From positions 2,162 to 66,161 of the forward strand of contig JAHIZV010000169.1 of NCBI GenBank assembly GCA_018814445.1: a DNA stretch of 64,000 bases, written 5' to 3'. The translations under genes and the position numbers were made by a program. Below, piece after piece: positions 29,874 to 39,991 of this stretch; within the stretch, counting starts at the first letter, position 1; every line of letters begins with the position of its first letter. This DNA comes from Verrucomicrobiota bacterium. GTDB lineage: Bacteria; Verrucomicrobiota; Kiritimatiellia; JAHIZV01. Under the pieces are notes generated by a model. The model had not been told where the DNA came from, did not search any database, and saw only the letters and a program-made list of their open reading frames with translations.

Positions 29874-30385
29874 CAGCCGCCCCCCGCTTCGATGTTCGGC
29901 GTTCGATGTTCCGTGTTCGATGTTCGCGGCACGCTCCGCGCGCTGCGCCAGATTCCGCGGAGGAGATAAAACGAGAAGACAGGCACACCAGCGTAATAGA
30001 TCCAGACGGGAACGCCGAGAGCCGGTGACCTCGCATGGAACAGGGCCATCTCCTGATGGATGCTCCGGATGAGTAGTATCACGACAGCCAGCACCAGTAT
30101 CGAGCTGAGTGCGGCACTGATGAAAGAAGCCGCCCGCTGCCATCGGCGGGGAAACTTCCTGTAGAGTGAGACCATACCGAGCTGGGAGCCGCGTTCGAAG
30201 GCGAGACCGGAGCCTATAACCACGAGCCAGACGAAAAGGTTGATTGTGATCTCCTCGGTGAAGGCGAGTGAGTAGTGAAAGAGATAGCGTCCGAGAACAT
30301 TGATAAAGGCGACCACAGCCATCGTTCCCAGAATGCCGGCGCAGAGCAGATGGTCCGTTCTGACTTTGTCCTCTCCCGATGTCAT
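29873..30385 (-). CDS. dctQ: TRAP transporter small permease
   Basis: Four TM segments and NV.GRY...FTEEI; lies between dctP and dctM. Confidence 0.9.
   Translation of the reverse strand: MTSGEDKVRTDHLLCAGILGTMAVVAFINVLGRYLFHYSLAFTEEITINLFVWLVVIGSGLAFERGSQLGMVSLYRKFPRRWQRAASFISAALSSILVLAVVILLIRSIHQEMALFHARSPALGVPVWIYYAGVPVFSFYLLRGIWRSARSVPRTSNTEHRTPNIEAGGG
29888..29929. repeat. degenerate heptamer array (TTCGATG-like)x6 inside the dctQ 3' end
   Basis: TTCGATG TTCGGCG TTCGATG TTCCGTG TTCGATG TTCGCGG. Confidence 0.8.
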
Positions 30386-31428
30386 TTGCTCATGTCGTCG
30401 AGTGCGGCCTTGTAAACCGCGGGATCAATCTTCCCGACCCATTGGTCAAAAACAGGTTTCGTCGCCGACTGGAACGCTTTGCGCGCATCGGCAGAGAGCA
30501 TTTCAACCTCCATCCCGCGTTCGTTGAGCATGGCGACCGGATCCGGCACTTCAATCTCGTAGCCGAATTCTTTGCGGAGGATCGTCAGTGATGTTTCTCC
30601 GTCAAGTCCGGCGCGGCACAGGGCTTTTTCGAAGCGCGCGGCTTCGATCGCGGCAGCCTGAACCGCGCTCTGAATATCTGCGGGAAAGGACTCCCATTCC
30701 TTCCTGCACCAGTAAAGGACAAGCGGGTCCGCAAGGTAATTCCAGAATGTGGCATGACGGTGATACTGGTAGATTTGCAGCGGGAGCAGAATGCCGACTG
30801 GATTTTCCTGCCCGTCAACGACGCCCTGTTGAAATGCGGTGACCGCGTCACCCCAGTTCATGTTCACGGGATCCGCACCGAGTGCCCGGAAGATGTCGAT
30901 AAAGATGGGGCTTCCGACGACACGGATGCGCAGACCGGCAACGTCCCCCGGCATGCGGACCGCCCGCTTGCTGTTGGTGAGCTGACGGAATCCGTTCTCT
31001 CCCCATGCGAGAGGCATCAGTCCCTTCTGCCGCATGGCCTGGAAGATCAGCCGGCCGGTCTCACCGTCCTCAAGCCTGTCGAGGTTTTCATACGTATTGA
31101 CGAAGAAGGGCAGAGCGAAGACGTTCATGTCCGGTATAACAGGCGTGACATTGATGGTTGAATCGAGCGCCAGATCGATCGCGCCGGATGAAACCATCTG
31201 TGCCGAGTTAAGCTGTGCTCCTTTAAGCAGCTGGCTCCCGTAGTACGGTTTGACATTGATCCGGCCGTCGGTCTTTTCGGCAACGAGTTCAGCGAACTTC
31301 GCCGCGCCCATTCCCCAGTAGGTGGTCGGGCCGACGACTACCTGCATGCGATACTCCCTTTTAAGTTCCGTCTTGTGCGAGCAGGCGGCAAGAAAGAGGC
31401 CGGCAAACGCAACGGCTAAGAGTCTCAT
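30382..31428 (-). CDS. dctP: TRAP solute-binding lipoprotein
   Basis: LAAC lipobox, ENGFRQLT, GLRIRV and GVVDGQENP. Confidence 0.93.
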   Translation of the reverse strand: MRLLAVAFAGLFLAACSHKTELKREYRMQVVVGPTTYWGMGAAKFAELVAEKTDGRINVKPYYGSQLLKGAQLNSAQMVSSGAIDLALDSTINVTPVIPDMNVFALPFFVNTYENLDRLEDGETGRLIFQAMRQKGLMPLAWGENGFRQLTNSKRAVRMPGDVAGLRIRVVGSPIFIDIFRALGADPVNMNWGDAVTAFQQGVVDGQENPVGILLPLQIYQYHRHATFWNYLADPLVLYWCRKEWESFPADIQSAVQAAAIEAARFEKALCRAGLDGETSLTILRKEFGYEIEVPDPVAMLNERGMEVEMLSADARKAFQSATKPVFDQWVGKIDPAVYKAALDDMSK

Positions 31429-31559
31429 GTTATCTCCCCGGATAAGAACTGGCGGACGATAACATGGGGATGACAACGGGGGAAAGCTCGCAAAACTATT
31501 CACTATGCCGACAGATAGGGTTAATATGTGAATGAACGCAGACTAACCGGAGTTGAATA

Positions 31560-32189
31560 ATGAACACGAAGCGCCGCGGCGGTTTCACATTGATGGAGTT
31601 GTTGGTGGTGATGGGCATCATCCTGCTTCTCGCGGCACTTCTGACTCCCGTTGTCACGCAGGTTCTCGAGCGGGGTCGACGGACCTACTGTCTGAATAAC
31701 GTCAAGATGATCGCCACTGCGGCAACCCTTCTGTTCGCTGAATCAGAGCCTGAGCTGCCGTACCGCGGCAGTGCTTCCGGGGATTGGGGAGCGGCTGCGG
31801 CTCAGCTCATTCAATATCTTGACGAGAATACGGCAGCTTTTCACTGCCCCTCGAATAAGAAGAAGGACTTCACGTACACCTTCGTAAACAGCAAAGGAGA
31901 TACGGTATCCGATTATACTAACTACGAAATGAACGGCTACCTCTGCTCCTATGGGTCGTCGATCCGAATGGACCGGTGCATCACGTATCCTTCTGAATCC
32001 GCTTATACTTACGATGTTCCGTACACCGGTGATTCAAGTCCACATGAAACCGGTGCTAACATTGGCTATCTCGATGGTCATGCCGAGTGGCTTTCTTTGG
32101 AAAAAATGGCGCTCGACGGTGCGGAGGTCGACAAATTCTTCTGCTGGGGTCACGAGTTCTGCAAGGGCACGGCGGGCTGCGTTAACTAG
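31560..32189 (+). CDS. prepilin-type N-terminal cleavage/methylation protein with H-X9-DG motif (DUF1559-like)
   Basis: GFTLMELLVV, CLNNVK, FHCPS and HETGANIGYLDGH. Confidence 0.9.
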   Translation: MNTKRRGGFTLMELLVVMGIILLLAALLTPVVTQVLERGRRTYCLNNVKMIATAATLLFAESEPELPYRGSASGDWGAAAAQLIQYLDENTAAFHCPSNKKKDFTYTFVNSKGDTVSDYTNYEMNGYLCSYGSSIRMDRCITYPSESAYTYDVPYTGDSSPHETGANIGYLDGHAEWLSLEKMALDGAEVDKFFCWGHEFCKGTAGCVN

Positions 32190-32354
32190 GCAGTCGCAGA
32201 TTGCTTCCGAAAATGACAGAGTTATTCTGGTGGGTGATTCAGGGACTCTTTCTTCTTCCTCGTGTACGTCGATATCTTCGTGGGTGAATCCCCAGTACAG
32301 TATTGACATGTTTTATCAATTCGTGTTTTTTGCGCCGTAAAGGGGGTCATTGCA

Positions 32355-33389
32355 ATGAAATTGAGAAAATACGAGAAGAATCCGATTCTAAGTCCCCGGG
32401 CCGATTCCTGGTGGGAGACTGCCTGTGTAACCAATCCGGGAGCCTGGTACGACGGTGAGAAGGTCTATATGTTGTACCGCGCCGGTCCTGATACCGACGA
32501 GCACCCTGTCTTTCTTGGACTGGCGGAAAGCTGGGACGGGTTTAACTTCGAGCGTGCCTCCGACGAGCCGGTCTTCGGTCCGTCCGAAAACTCGTTCGAC
32601 GGCGGGTGCGTTGAAGATCCCCGCATTGTCAGGTTTGGCAACACCTATTTTGTTACATACGCCACGCGCATCTTCTCACCGGGAGCGTACTGGAAAAAGA
32701 CGATCGCTCTGAATGCTCACAATCCGCAGTTCGCCGACGAGGCGCCGGCGACTGTGAGGAACAATCTAACGAGGACAGGTCTGGCGGCAACAAGAGACTT
32801 TCGCGAATGGTACCGCTTCGGCCCGATCACGCCGGCTTCACAGGACGATCGCGACGTAATCATCTTTCCGGAGAAGATCGGCGGAAAATTCGCGCTCCTC
32901 CATCGTCCGTATGACTGGACCGGACCGAAATACGGCTGCGAGAAACCGTCTATCTGGCTTTCGACGTCGGATGATCTGATGACATGGTCGGGAGATCATA
33001 TGCTGGCGGTCTCGACCTATGACTGGGAAGAACAGAAAGTCGGCGGAAGCACGCCGCCGGTCAAAACTGATGCAGGCTGGCTGACGCTTTATCATGGCGT
33101 CGACAACAACAACGTCTATCGTGTCGGCGCCATGCTGCTTGATCTGAATAATCCGCGCAGGATCCTCGCGCGCACACCTGAACCGATCCTGGAACCGGAA
33201 GAGGACTACGAGAAAACCGGGCTTGTCTCGAATGTCGTATTCCCCTGCGGAAACGTTGTTATCAAGAATGAATTCATCGTCTACTACGGTGGCGCCGACA
33301 CGCACTGCTGCGTCGCCAGTGCCCCCCTCGACGAACTGGTGGCCCACGTTCTTGATCATCCGTGGCAAGTGGCCAAAGCGGGACAATAG
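32355..33389 (+). CDS. GH130-family beta-mannoside phosphorylase/glycosidase
   Basis: NPIL, NPGA, LYRA, GCVEDPRI, FPEKIGG, LHRP, YHGV, NVVFPCG and YYGGAD. Confidence 0.9.
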   Translation: MKLRKYEKNPILSPRADSWWETACVTNPGAWYDGEKVYMLYRAGPDTDEHPVFLGLAESWDGFNFERASDEPVFGPSENSFDGGCVEDPRIVRFGNTYFVTYATRIFSPGAYWKKTIALNAHNPQFADEAPATVRNNLTRTGLAATRDFREWYRFGPITPASQDDRDVIIFPEKIGGKFALLHRPYDWTGPKYGCEKPSIWLSTSDDLMTWSGDHMLAVSTYDWEEQKVGGSTPPVKTDAGWLTLYHGVDNNNVYRVGAMLLDLNNPRRILARTPEPILEPEEDYEKTGLVSNVVFPCGNVVIKNEFIVYYGGADTHCCVASAPLDELVAHVLDHPWQVAKAGQ

Positions 33390-33469
33390 GAAGAGGCGGA
33401 AGCGGCGATCCACCGGCCGTCCACAGAAACCGCTGGCTATCGTGTATTATTTGTAATAGAGATGAATAA

Positions 33470-34459
33470 ATGCCCAGAGGGAATACAGCGTCCGACACGG
33501 CTTCAGGGGCTTCAATCTACGATGTTGCCGAGAAGGCCGGAGTCTCGATTGTCACGGTGTCACGTGTGTTCAACGACTATCCGCATGTGAGTACGAAGAT
33601 GCGTGATCGCGTGCTGGCCGCCGCGCGCGATGTCGGCTACACCCCCCGCCTGGTATCGAAACCGAAGATTCTGGCCGTCATAGTCGGGCACCTTGAGTAT
33701 CTGACGGCCGGTGATTACAAAACGCGTCTCATTCTTCAGCTTGTCCGTGAATCCTCGAAACACGGGTACCTGATCGAGTTCATTCCGCATTCTTCCGCCT
33801 ATCTCGCAACGAAGAGTCTTGTCGATGGAGTCATTGAGATCGGGCTGACGGAAGAGGAGACCGCCATGCTGGATCTTCCGCCGGTCCCCACGGTTCTTGT
33901 CAACAAACGGGCCGAAGACGTCACGCATTCAACCGTATGCTCCGATCACTACCGGGAGGCGAAGGTGGCTACGGAATATCTGCTGGAAAAGGGCCACTCC
34001 CGCATCGCTCTTGTACTGGATGAGTTGAAAGGATGGGGGGTGGAGAATCGGGCCTCAGGCTATCGGGATACTCTGCTGAATGCCTCCGTCGACTCTGAGC
34101 CTTTGATTTTCTCCGCGGAGGACTCTCCGGCGTCCGAGGTCACAGATCAGATTATCACAGCGAAGTGCACTGCGGCGCTTCTCCTGACAGACAACGCGGG
34201 ACTCGAGATTGTCGACTGTCTCACAAATGTGAAGGGCCTGCGCATTCCTGATGACATCTCCGTCATAACGATTGAAAACAAGTCAGCAAGCGCCTTCTTC
34301 AATCCGCGCCTGACGACGATCGACCAGCCTCTCAAGGATATTGCCGCCGACATTGTGAAGGAAATCTCCGCAGCCGGTGACGAGCAGGGGAGAATATTTC
34401 ACCACGTATTTGAAAGCCGCTTGATCAAGCGCGACTCTGTCTCTACCGTGACGTCCTGA
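33470..34459 (+). CDS. LacI-family transcriptional regulator
   Basis: IYDVAEKAGVSIVTVSRVFN, IPDDISV and LTTIDQP. Confidence 0.95.
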   Translation: MPRGNTASDTASGASIYDVAEKAGVSIVTVSRVFNDYPHVSTKMRDRVLAAARDVGYTPRLVSKPKILAVIVGHLEYLTAGDYKTRLILQLVRESSKHGYLIEFIPHSSAYLATKSLVDGVIEIGLTEEETAMLDLPPVPTVLVNKRAEDVTHSTVCSDHYREAKVATEYLLEKGHSRIALVLDELKGWGVENRASGYRDTLLNASVDSEPLIFSAEDSPASEVTDQIITAKCTAALLLTDNAGLEIVDCLTNVKGLRIPDDISVITIENKSASAFFNPRLTTIDQPLKDIAADIVKEISAAGDEQGRIFHHVFESRLIKRDSVSTVTS

Positions 34460-34478
34460 GTCTCTGCGGGCGATTGTT

Positions 34479-35363
34479 ATGAAGCCTTCTTTTCACTTTC
34501 TGGTCTTGCTGGCTTTGATCTCGACGTCTCGTTCGGAAACCGTGGTTCTCTTTGACGCTGTATCAGAAGGCGAGATCCCCTGGGTGTGGGGAACCGCCAG
34601 ATTGCGGGTCGATGAAACCGTACTGACACTCACGGAGTCCGACCGCTTTGGAAGCAGTGGTGGAACCCATATGGACAACCCACTGCCCTATCTTCCCGGC
34701 GGCGTGATTGATTTCTCCGTGGAATCAGTGGTCAAGGGCCGCTACACGCTTCAACTTGATAACGTCAAAGACCATGGAGTTCTGGAGTCCGTTCGTCTCG
34801 TGCCTTCGGCAACGAACACGGGCTCGCGATCCTTCTCGCTCAAGGATGCCGGCTTCAAGAAACCGTGCCGCACATTCGTCATAGTTCTTGCGGTGGAGGG
34901 TGAAGGAGCCGAAACGCATATCCGGGATCTTCGGTATTCGGTCGAGATACTGCCCGACCAGATTCTGCTCGATGAAGAGTTCAAGAATCAAAACGCTTGG
35001 GAGTGTTTTGATCTCGTTGCCGCTTCTGAGCGCGATGACATCAGGATTCAGACTGTTGAAGGAAAGACATGCGGATCAATGCTGCACACGTCCCGTCTCG
35101 AGAAGAGTGACGACCAAGTGCTGTATGTCCATCTCACCGGAGGCACGAACGCGACAGTCAGTGTTCAGATCACTTCCTTTGATGCCAAAGGTCAGTATGC
35201 CGGGTCCGTCGATGCTGTTGAACGCGCCAAAGACGGATGGTATGCGGTGCGACTTGACGGACTTCGCTGGCCGGAAGGAAGCGTCTCGTACCAGCTCAAA
35301 TTATGGCTGGTGGGAAGCGACAACGCCTCAGCAGTAATAGACCGTTTAATGGTCACGAACTGA
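34479..35363 (+). CDS. secreted hypothetical beta-rich protein (paralog of 39042-39935)
   Basis: Signal peptide; motifs shared colinearly with the 39042 protein. Confidence 0.75.
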   Translation: MKPSFHFLVLLALISTSRSETVVLFDAVSEGEIPWVWGTARLRVDETVLTLTESDRFGSSGGTHMDNPLPYLPGGVIDFSVESVVKGRYTLQLDNVKDHGVLESVRLVPSATNTGSRSFSLKDAGFKKPCRTFVIVLAVEGEGAETHIRDLRYSVEILPDQILLDEEFKNQNAWECFDLVAASERDDIRIQTVEGKTCGSMLHTSRLEKSDDQVLYVHLTGGTNATVSVQITSFDAKGQYAGSVDAVERAKDGWYAVRLDGLRWPEGSVSYQLKLWLVGSDNASAVIDRLMVTN

Positions 35364-35441
35364 CTCTATTTGATCGCCAGCCATGCTCTTATGGGTGTAG
35401 AGTTAATCAATCAGCAGAGCCATGGAGAACCGATTTTTGCC

Positions 35442-36470
35442 ATGCGCGTACCAATTGGAAGAAAGCTGTTCTTAAGTCATTTGATCGCTGTCATCTTCGT
35501 CTCCGGCAGCATCGGAAGCTATTTCTACTTCAGCGCGAACCGCAGTCTGATGCAGAGTCTGCAGACGCGGCTCAAGAACAGCGCCGCTATCATAAGCGTG
35601 TCGCTGTCGGCCCGCGACCTGTCCGGTATTGACAGCAAAGATGACGTGTCGGACCCCACATATCTCTCCCTCCTGGACACACTGCGGAGAATGCGCCGAA
35701 GCAATCCTGACATCGCGTATCTATATGTGATGCGTAGAGTCGATGGCGGCGTTCAGTTTGTGGTCGATTCAGACGAAACAGAGGAACAGGCTCTACCCGG
35801 CCAGCCCTATGAAGACGTTGTACCGGCTCTTCTTGAGGGCTTTGACATCCCCTCGGTCGACGACGATATCTACTCGGACGAGTGGGGTTCATTTCTGTCC
35901 GGCTACGCGCCGATCGGCGGCGGTAACGGGGACTACCTCATCGGCATCGACATGCGCGCGGATGAAGTCGCTCAGAAGTTCAAGTATCTGCGTCTGTCCG
36001 GATTGATTTCCCTCGTGTTCTCCGTGGTCCTTGCCCTTGTTTTCGGAAACCTCGTCTCGCGGCGTTTTGTGAAGGGCATTCATGCTCTTATCGTGGCCTG
36101 TAGAAACATGGCCGACGGTCGGCACATGAAGGAATTGGACATCCGGACGGGAGATGAGTTCGACAGCCTGATCGAGGCGTTCAACACGATGTCGGGGAAG
36201 TTGAATCACTCCCGGAAAGAACTCGAGGAATCCAATGAACAACTCGAGAATCGAGTTCGAGAACGAACCCGCGAGCTGCAGGAGTCGCTTGACCGGGTGA
36301 AGCAACTCTCCGGTCTTCTGCCCATCTGCGCAAACTGCAAAAGTATCCGTGACGACAAAGGCTACTGGCGCCAGGTCGAGGGCTATCTGCAGGAACACTC
36401 CGAAGCGGTATTCACGCACGGCATATGTCCCAAGTGCATGAAAGCACTCTATCCCGACCAGGCAGACTAA
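35442..36470 (+). CDS. membrane sensor: periplasmic domain, HAMP, coiled coil and C-terminal Cys/His domain
   Basis: Two TM segments, DEWGSFLSGYAPI, DEFDSLIEAFNTM and LPICANCKSIRDD...HGICPKC. Confidence 0.85.
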   Translation: MRVPIGRKLFLSHLIAVIFVSGSIGSYFYFSANRSLMQSLQTRLKNSAAIISVSLSARDLSGIDSKDDVSDPTYLSLLDTLRRMRRSNPDIAYLYVMRRVDGGVQFVVDSDETEEQALPGQPYEDVVPALLEGFDIPSVDDDIYSDEWGSFLSGYAPIGGGNGDYLIGIDMRADEVAQKFKYLRLSGLISLVFSVVLALVFGNLVSRRFVKGIHALIVACRNMADGRHMKELDIRTGDEFDSLIEAFNTMSGKLNHSRKELEESNEQLENRVRERTRELQESLDRVKQLSGLLPICANCKSIRDDKGYWRQVEGYLQEHSEAVFTHGICPKCMKALYPDQAD

Positions 36471-36472
36471 GG

Positions 36473-36508
36473 GTCAGACACTGAAATATTGAATATTCAG
36501 TGTCTGAC
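36473..36508. terminator. 13-bp inverted repeat between convergent genes
   Basis: GTCAGACACTGAA...TTCAGTGTCTGAC. Confidence 0.55.
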
Positions 36509-37645
36509 ACTGAATTTTTCCCAGAGCGCCCTTGCTTCGGTGAGCTTGTCCCGGCATACCGCCAGAGGCGTTCTGCCATAATCACGGGTTGGTTCGAGGG
36601 TTGTGGTCTCAGCGTAGTCATTCCAGGTGACTAGTTGAATCAGGGGGGCCGGCACGCACGCAGAAGGGTCACCGTCAGCCCATTTCCTGAGGTAGTCCAG
36701 GTAGACCTGCCATGTAAGATCCAGGGTGTTGCCGACGCTTGTTTCGCGGCAAATTACTCCGGGGCGAATATGGGGACTGCCGGGATCATTGGCCCAGGCC
36801 CAGACAACGAGCTGATTGTTGAAGCCCGGCCAAACGCCATGCATGATATAGGAGCATTCGGAATTCTCAGCATTGGCCTTTCGGTATATGCCGCGCAGAT
36901 AGTCCAATCCGCAGTTGTCCGGGTCACTCCAGCAGTAGGGACTGTCGAGGTCAACAGTCTCCCTGTCCGGCTGCACCCACGCATAGCAGGCGTCCTCACC
37001 TTTTCCTTGCGGATCACCGCTCCAGAGCAGATCGGCGCCGCCCACACCGAAAACCTCGTCCAGTGCTTCCCTGAACGCCCGACAGTTGTCGCCGTACGGA
37101 AAGATCGAGAAAACGGGTCTACCATCTCTCAGCAGGTAGACATCCGTGATCAGATGCTCCCTGACGAAGGTCAGATCTTCAAGAAGCGACTGCGGCTTCT
37201 TCCCTTCTGTCGGCCATTGAGCCTGGGAGTCGAATGAGATGAAGTAGTAGAAGGGATGGTCCGGATTTTCGGTATTCCATTTCTTGAGCCCGCGCAGCCA
37301 GTGAAGTGTAATCACGTTCTCGACAGAGTACTTGCCGTACCAGTTGATGATGAAGCCCTGCACGCCGTAATCAAGCGCCGTCCGAATCTGCCATTCGATG
37401 ATGTCCGGATTGCGTGAATCGTAGATGCCTATCTCCGGAACATGATGATGCGTTCGCTTGTACCCCGCGCGGCTGTCATTCCAGTGTCGCATGTCCTCAA
37501 TCGGCGCCTTCCAGTCGAGCTTGACCTCGTCATCCGGATGAAGAGGAAAACCATCGGCCGTGATCGTGAACCACGGGACGAAGTGACCGAACATCAAGGG
37601 CAGAGTCAGAGATTCCCCGTTACTGTTTTCTGTATGAAACTTCAT
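36497..37645 (-). CDS. GH71/GH99-like glycoside hydrolase (no signal peptide)
   Basis: HFVPWF, PEIGIYDS, GFIINWYG, DGRPVF, PGFNN and VTWNDYAE. Confidence 0.8.
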   Translation of the reverse strand: MKFHTENSNGESLTLPLMFGHFVPWFTITADGFPLHPDDEVKLDWKAPIEDMRHWNDSRAGYKRTHHHVPEIGIYDSRNPDIIEWQIRTALDYGVQGFIINWYGKYSVENVITLHWLRGLKKWNTENPDHPFYYFISFDSQAQWPTEGKKPQSLLEDLTFVREHLITDVYLLRDGRPVFSIFPYGDNCRAFREALDEVFGVGGADLLWSGDPQGKGEDACYAWVQPDRETVDLDSPYCWSDPDNCGLDYLRGIYRKANAENSECSYIMHGVWPGFNNQLVVWAWANDPGSPHIRPGVICRETSVGNTLDLTWQVYLDYLRKWADGDPSACVPAPLIQLVTWNDYAETTTLEPTRDYGRTPLAVCRDKLTEARALWEKFSVRH

Positions 37646-37755
37646 TCCTGTTTCCGACGGCTCCTGCTAATGGGCGACTATAGAGCGCAACGGTAAACCT
37701 GTTGATTAAGCTTATCAATTGATTTCAGTGCCTTTTTCTGGTAGTCTCCACAGCC

Positions 37756-39021
37756 ATGACATCAACATATACCTCTATTCCCTTTATCCTTGCATCCGTC
37801 CTTCTCTGCACAATGATATCGCCCGCGAAATCCCATGGCGAGAAGCCTATGGTCTTCGCCCACTATATGCCCTGGTTCCGCGCTGAGAAGGAGGCGGACG
37901 GATTCATCACATGGGATCACTGGCAATGGTTCGGCAAGGGGCCGAAACATGATCCAGATGATATAGACGAAGATGGGCGGCGTGATATTGCCTCGGTTTT
38001 CTATCCTCTGATAGGCCCCTACGATGGACGGGATCCCGACGTGTTGGAATATCATTTTCTGACGGCGAAGCTTGCGGGGATCGACGGGTTCATCGCGGAC
38101 TGGTACGGACCCGGCAATTATTCTGACGAAGTCTTTGCGGCGATGGTTAGAACCGCCGAGCACTACGGTATGAAAGTCGCGATCTGTCTGGAGGAGAAAT
38201 CCTTCTTCCCCGCCTATTCCAAAGCGACAAGCCGAGAGGAAGTGATGGCCGTAGCGGCGAACCAGATTCGGCATGTGCTGAATACTCACGCCGGGTCGCC
38301 GGCCTACTTGAGAAGGAACGGCGATCCCGTCTTTTTCATGTTTAACAACCACGAAAATGGTGCACTGGGAAGCCACATCCTCACACACGAAGAGATCAAG
38401 GCCGTTCTGGATGGTATTGAAGAGGAGGACGTGCTCCTTGTGCGCGGGTATCTCGATATGCACTACGCCGGCATTGCCCGAGGGGGATACCTCTGGTGCG
38501 ACAGTCCCTCCGGCCGGGAGAACTTCTACAAACACGTTCCTGAGGCGCGGGAGAAAGGCGTCGAGTACATCGTCGGGGTCGCAAACCCGGGTTTTGACGA
38601 CTCCGGAGTCTGGGGTTGGGGCGGGAGCCCCCGGATTACCGATCGCCGCGGCACGAAGTAATATGAGGAAAACTGGCAGGAAGTGCTTAAGTACAAACCT
38701 GATGCGGTGCAGATCGTGACCTGGAACGATTTCGAGGAGGGCACGACCATCGAGCCGACCGTAGAGTACGAATTTCAGTTCCTCGACTTGACCGAGCGCT
38801 TCGTATCCGCTTTTAGTGGGCGCAAAGAAGACCTGAGGAACAACGCCTGGCCGTATAGAATCTATCAATTGCGGAAGCATCTCGCCGGGATCGTTGATGC
38901 AGACAGAGGGAGAAGGTGGTCAGACAAAATGGACGGCTTTGCAGGAGATCTGGGCGGTGGAAAAAGTTTCCTGATGGGCCTGAAGCTCTGGTATCTTGAA
39001 GTGCGAATACGGTCACTTTGA
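37756..39021 (+). pseudogene. secreted GH71/GH99-like hydrolase interrupted by one in-frame TAA (38659-38661)
   Basis: AHYMPWF, YPLIGPYD, GIDGFIADWYG and PGFDD before the stop; the same frame continues to VTWNDFEEGTTIEP. Confidence 0.85.
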
Positions 39022-39041
39022 TTGTTGAGGGAGATTTCCGG

Positions 39042-39935
39042 ATGAAGAGACTTTTCTTATGGGCCGCCTTGTCAGCCTTGGTCCTTTCATGTGCGCATGC
39101 CGAGGATCTGACGCTATTCAGCGCGGCAGAGGCCGGCGCGGACGCATGGAGTTGGGGCGGGGCTCGTGTGAAAGCTTCGGGTGATAATCTGTTGCTTACA
39201 GAGAACAACCGCTATGGCCCTTACGGCGATGCTTTCGTTTCGGATCATCTTCCCTACATTCCGTCGGCCACAATCAAGCTTGATGTAGCAAAGGTCGTCG
39301 CCGGTAAATACACGCTTCAGGCGGTATGCTTTGACGGCGCCAGCGTGCTCAGGTCCGTGGATATCGTTGCGACTTCGTCAAAGACCGGGCCGCAGATGCT
39401 GAGCATGTCGGAATCCCGTATTCCCCGCGGGACCGATTCAATCGTTCTGAAGATATGGGTGGTTGAGGAAGAGGGGGCCGCGATCGAACTGAAAGACCTG
39501 ACCTACTCGGTCAGTATCAAGAGCGAGTACGTTCTTCTTGATTCTGATTTCAGAGATGCTTCTTCATGGGAAGCGGACGGCGTCACCCTCACGCCTGGAG
39601 ATGACAAAGCCGTGCTGACTTTGCAGGACGGCAAGGAATTCGGCTCGCTCCTGCATAACGCGACGTTTCAGAAACAGGGCGGAAAACTTGTGTTGATCAA
39701 GCTCGCAGACGTTGAATCGGCCCGGCTTACACTCCAGATCCTGGTCTTTGATCGCCAGGGGAAATACCTGCATCCTGTCGATATAGCGAAGGACTTGAGT
39801 TCCGGCTGGCATGGCTTTCTCACGCGCGATATCACGTGGCCTGAGGAGGCGGGGACGTTCAGATTCAAGCTCTGGCTGTCCGGTGACAAAGGGGGCAGCG
39901 CAAGTCCCGAGCGGCTGTTGGTGGTGGCGAGATAA
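39042..39935 (+). CDS. secreted hypothetical beta-rich protein (paralog of 34479-35363)
   Basis: Signal peptide MKRLFL...AHA; GAGGGAG upstream. Confidence 0.78.
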   Translation: MKRLFLWAALSALVLSCAHAEDLTLFSAAEAGADAWSWGGARVKASGDNLLLTENNRYGPYGDAFVSDHLPYIPSATIKLDVAKVVAGKYTLQAVCFDGASVLRSVDIVATSSKTGPQMLSMSESRIPRGTDSIVLKIWVVEEEGAAIELKDLTYSVSIKSEYVLLDSDFRDASSWEADGVTLTPGDDKAVLTLQDGKEFGSLLHNATFQKQGGKLVLIKLADVESARLTLQILVFDRQGKYLHPVDIAKDLSSGWHGFLTRDITWPEEAGTFRFKLWLSGDKGGSASPERLLVVAR

Positions 39936-39991
39936 TCGGACACCAGATACCGGAAGACGGATTTCGGATGGCGTCGTGAGCGAATTCGGCA

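Noticed and set aside
38659-38661. Programmed readthrough or alternative genetic code
   Set aside because: The codon is TAA, not TGA or TAG, and TAA ends other intact genes here such as pckG.
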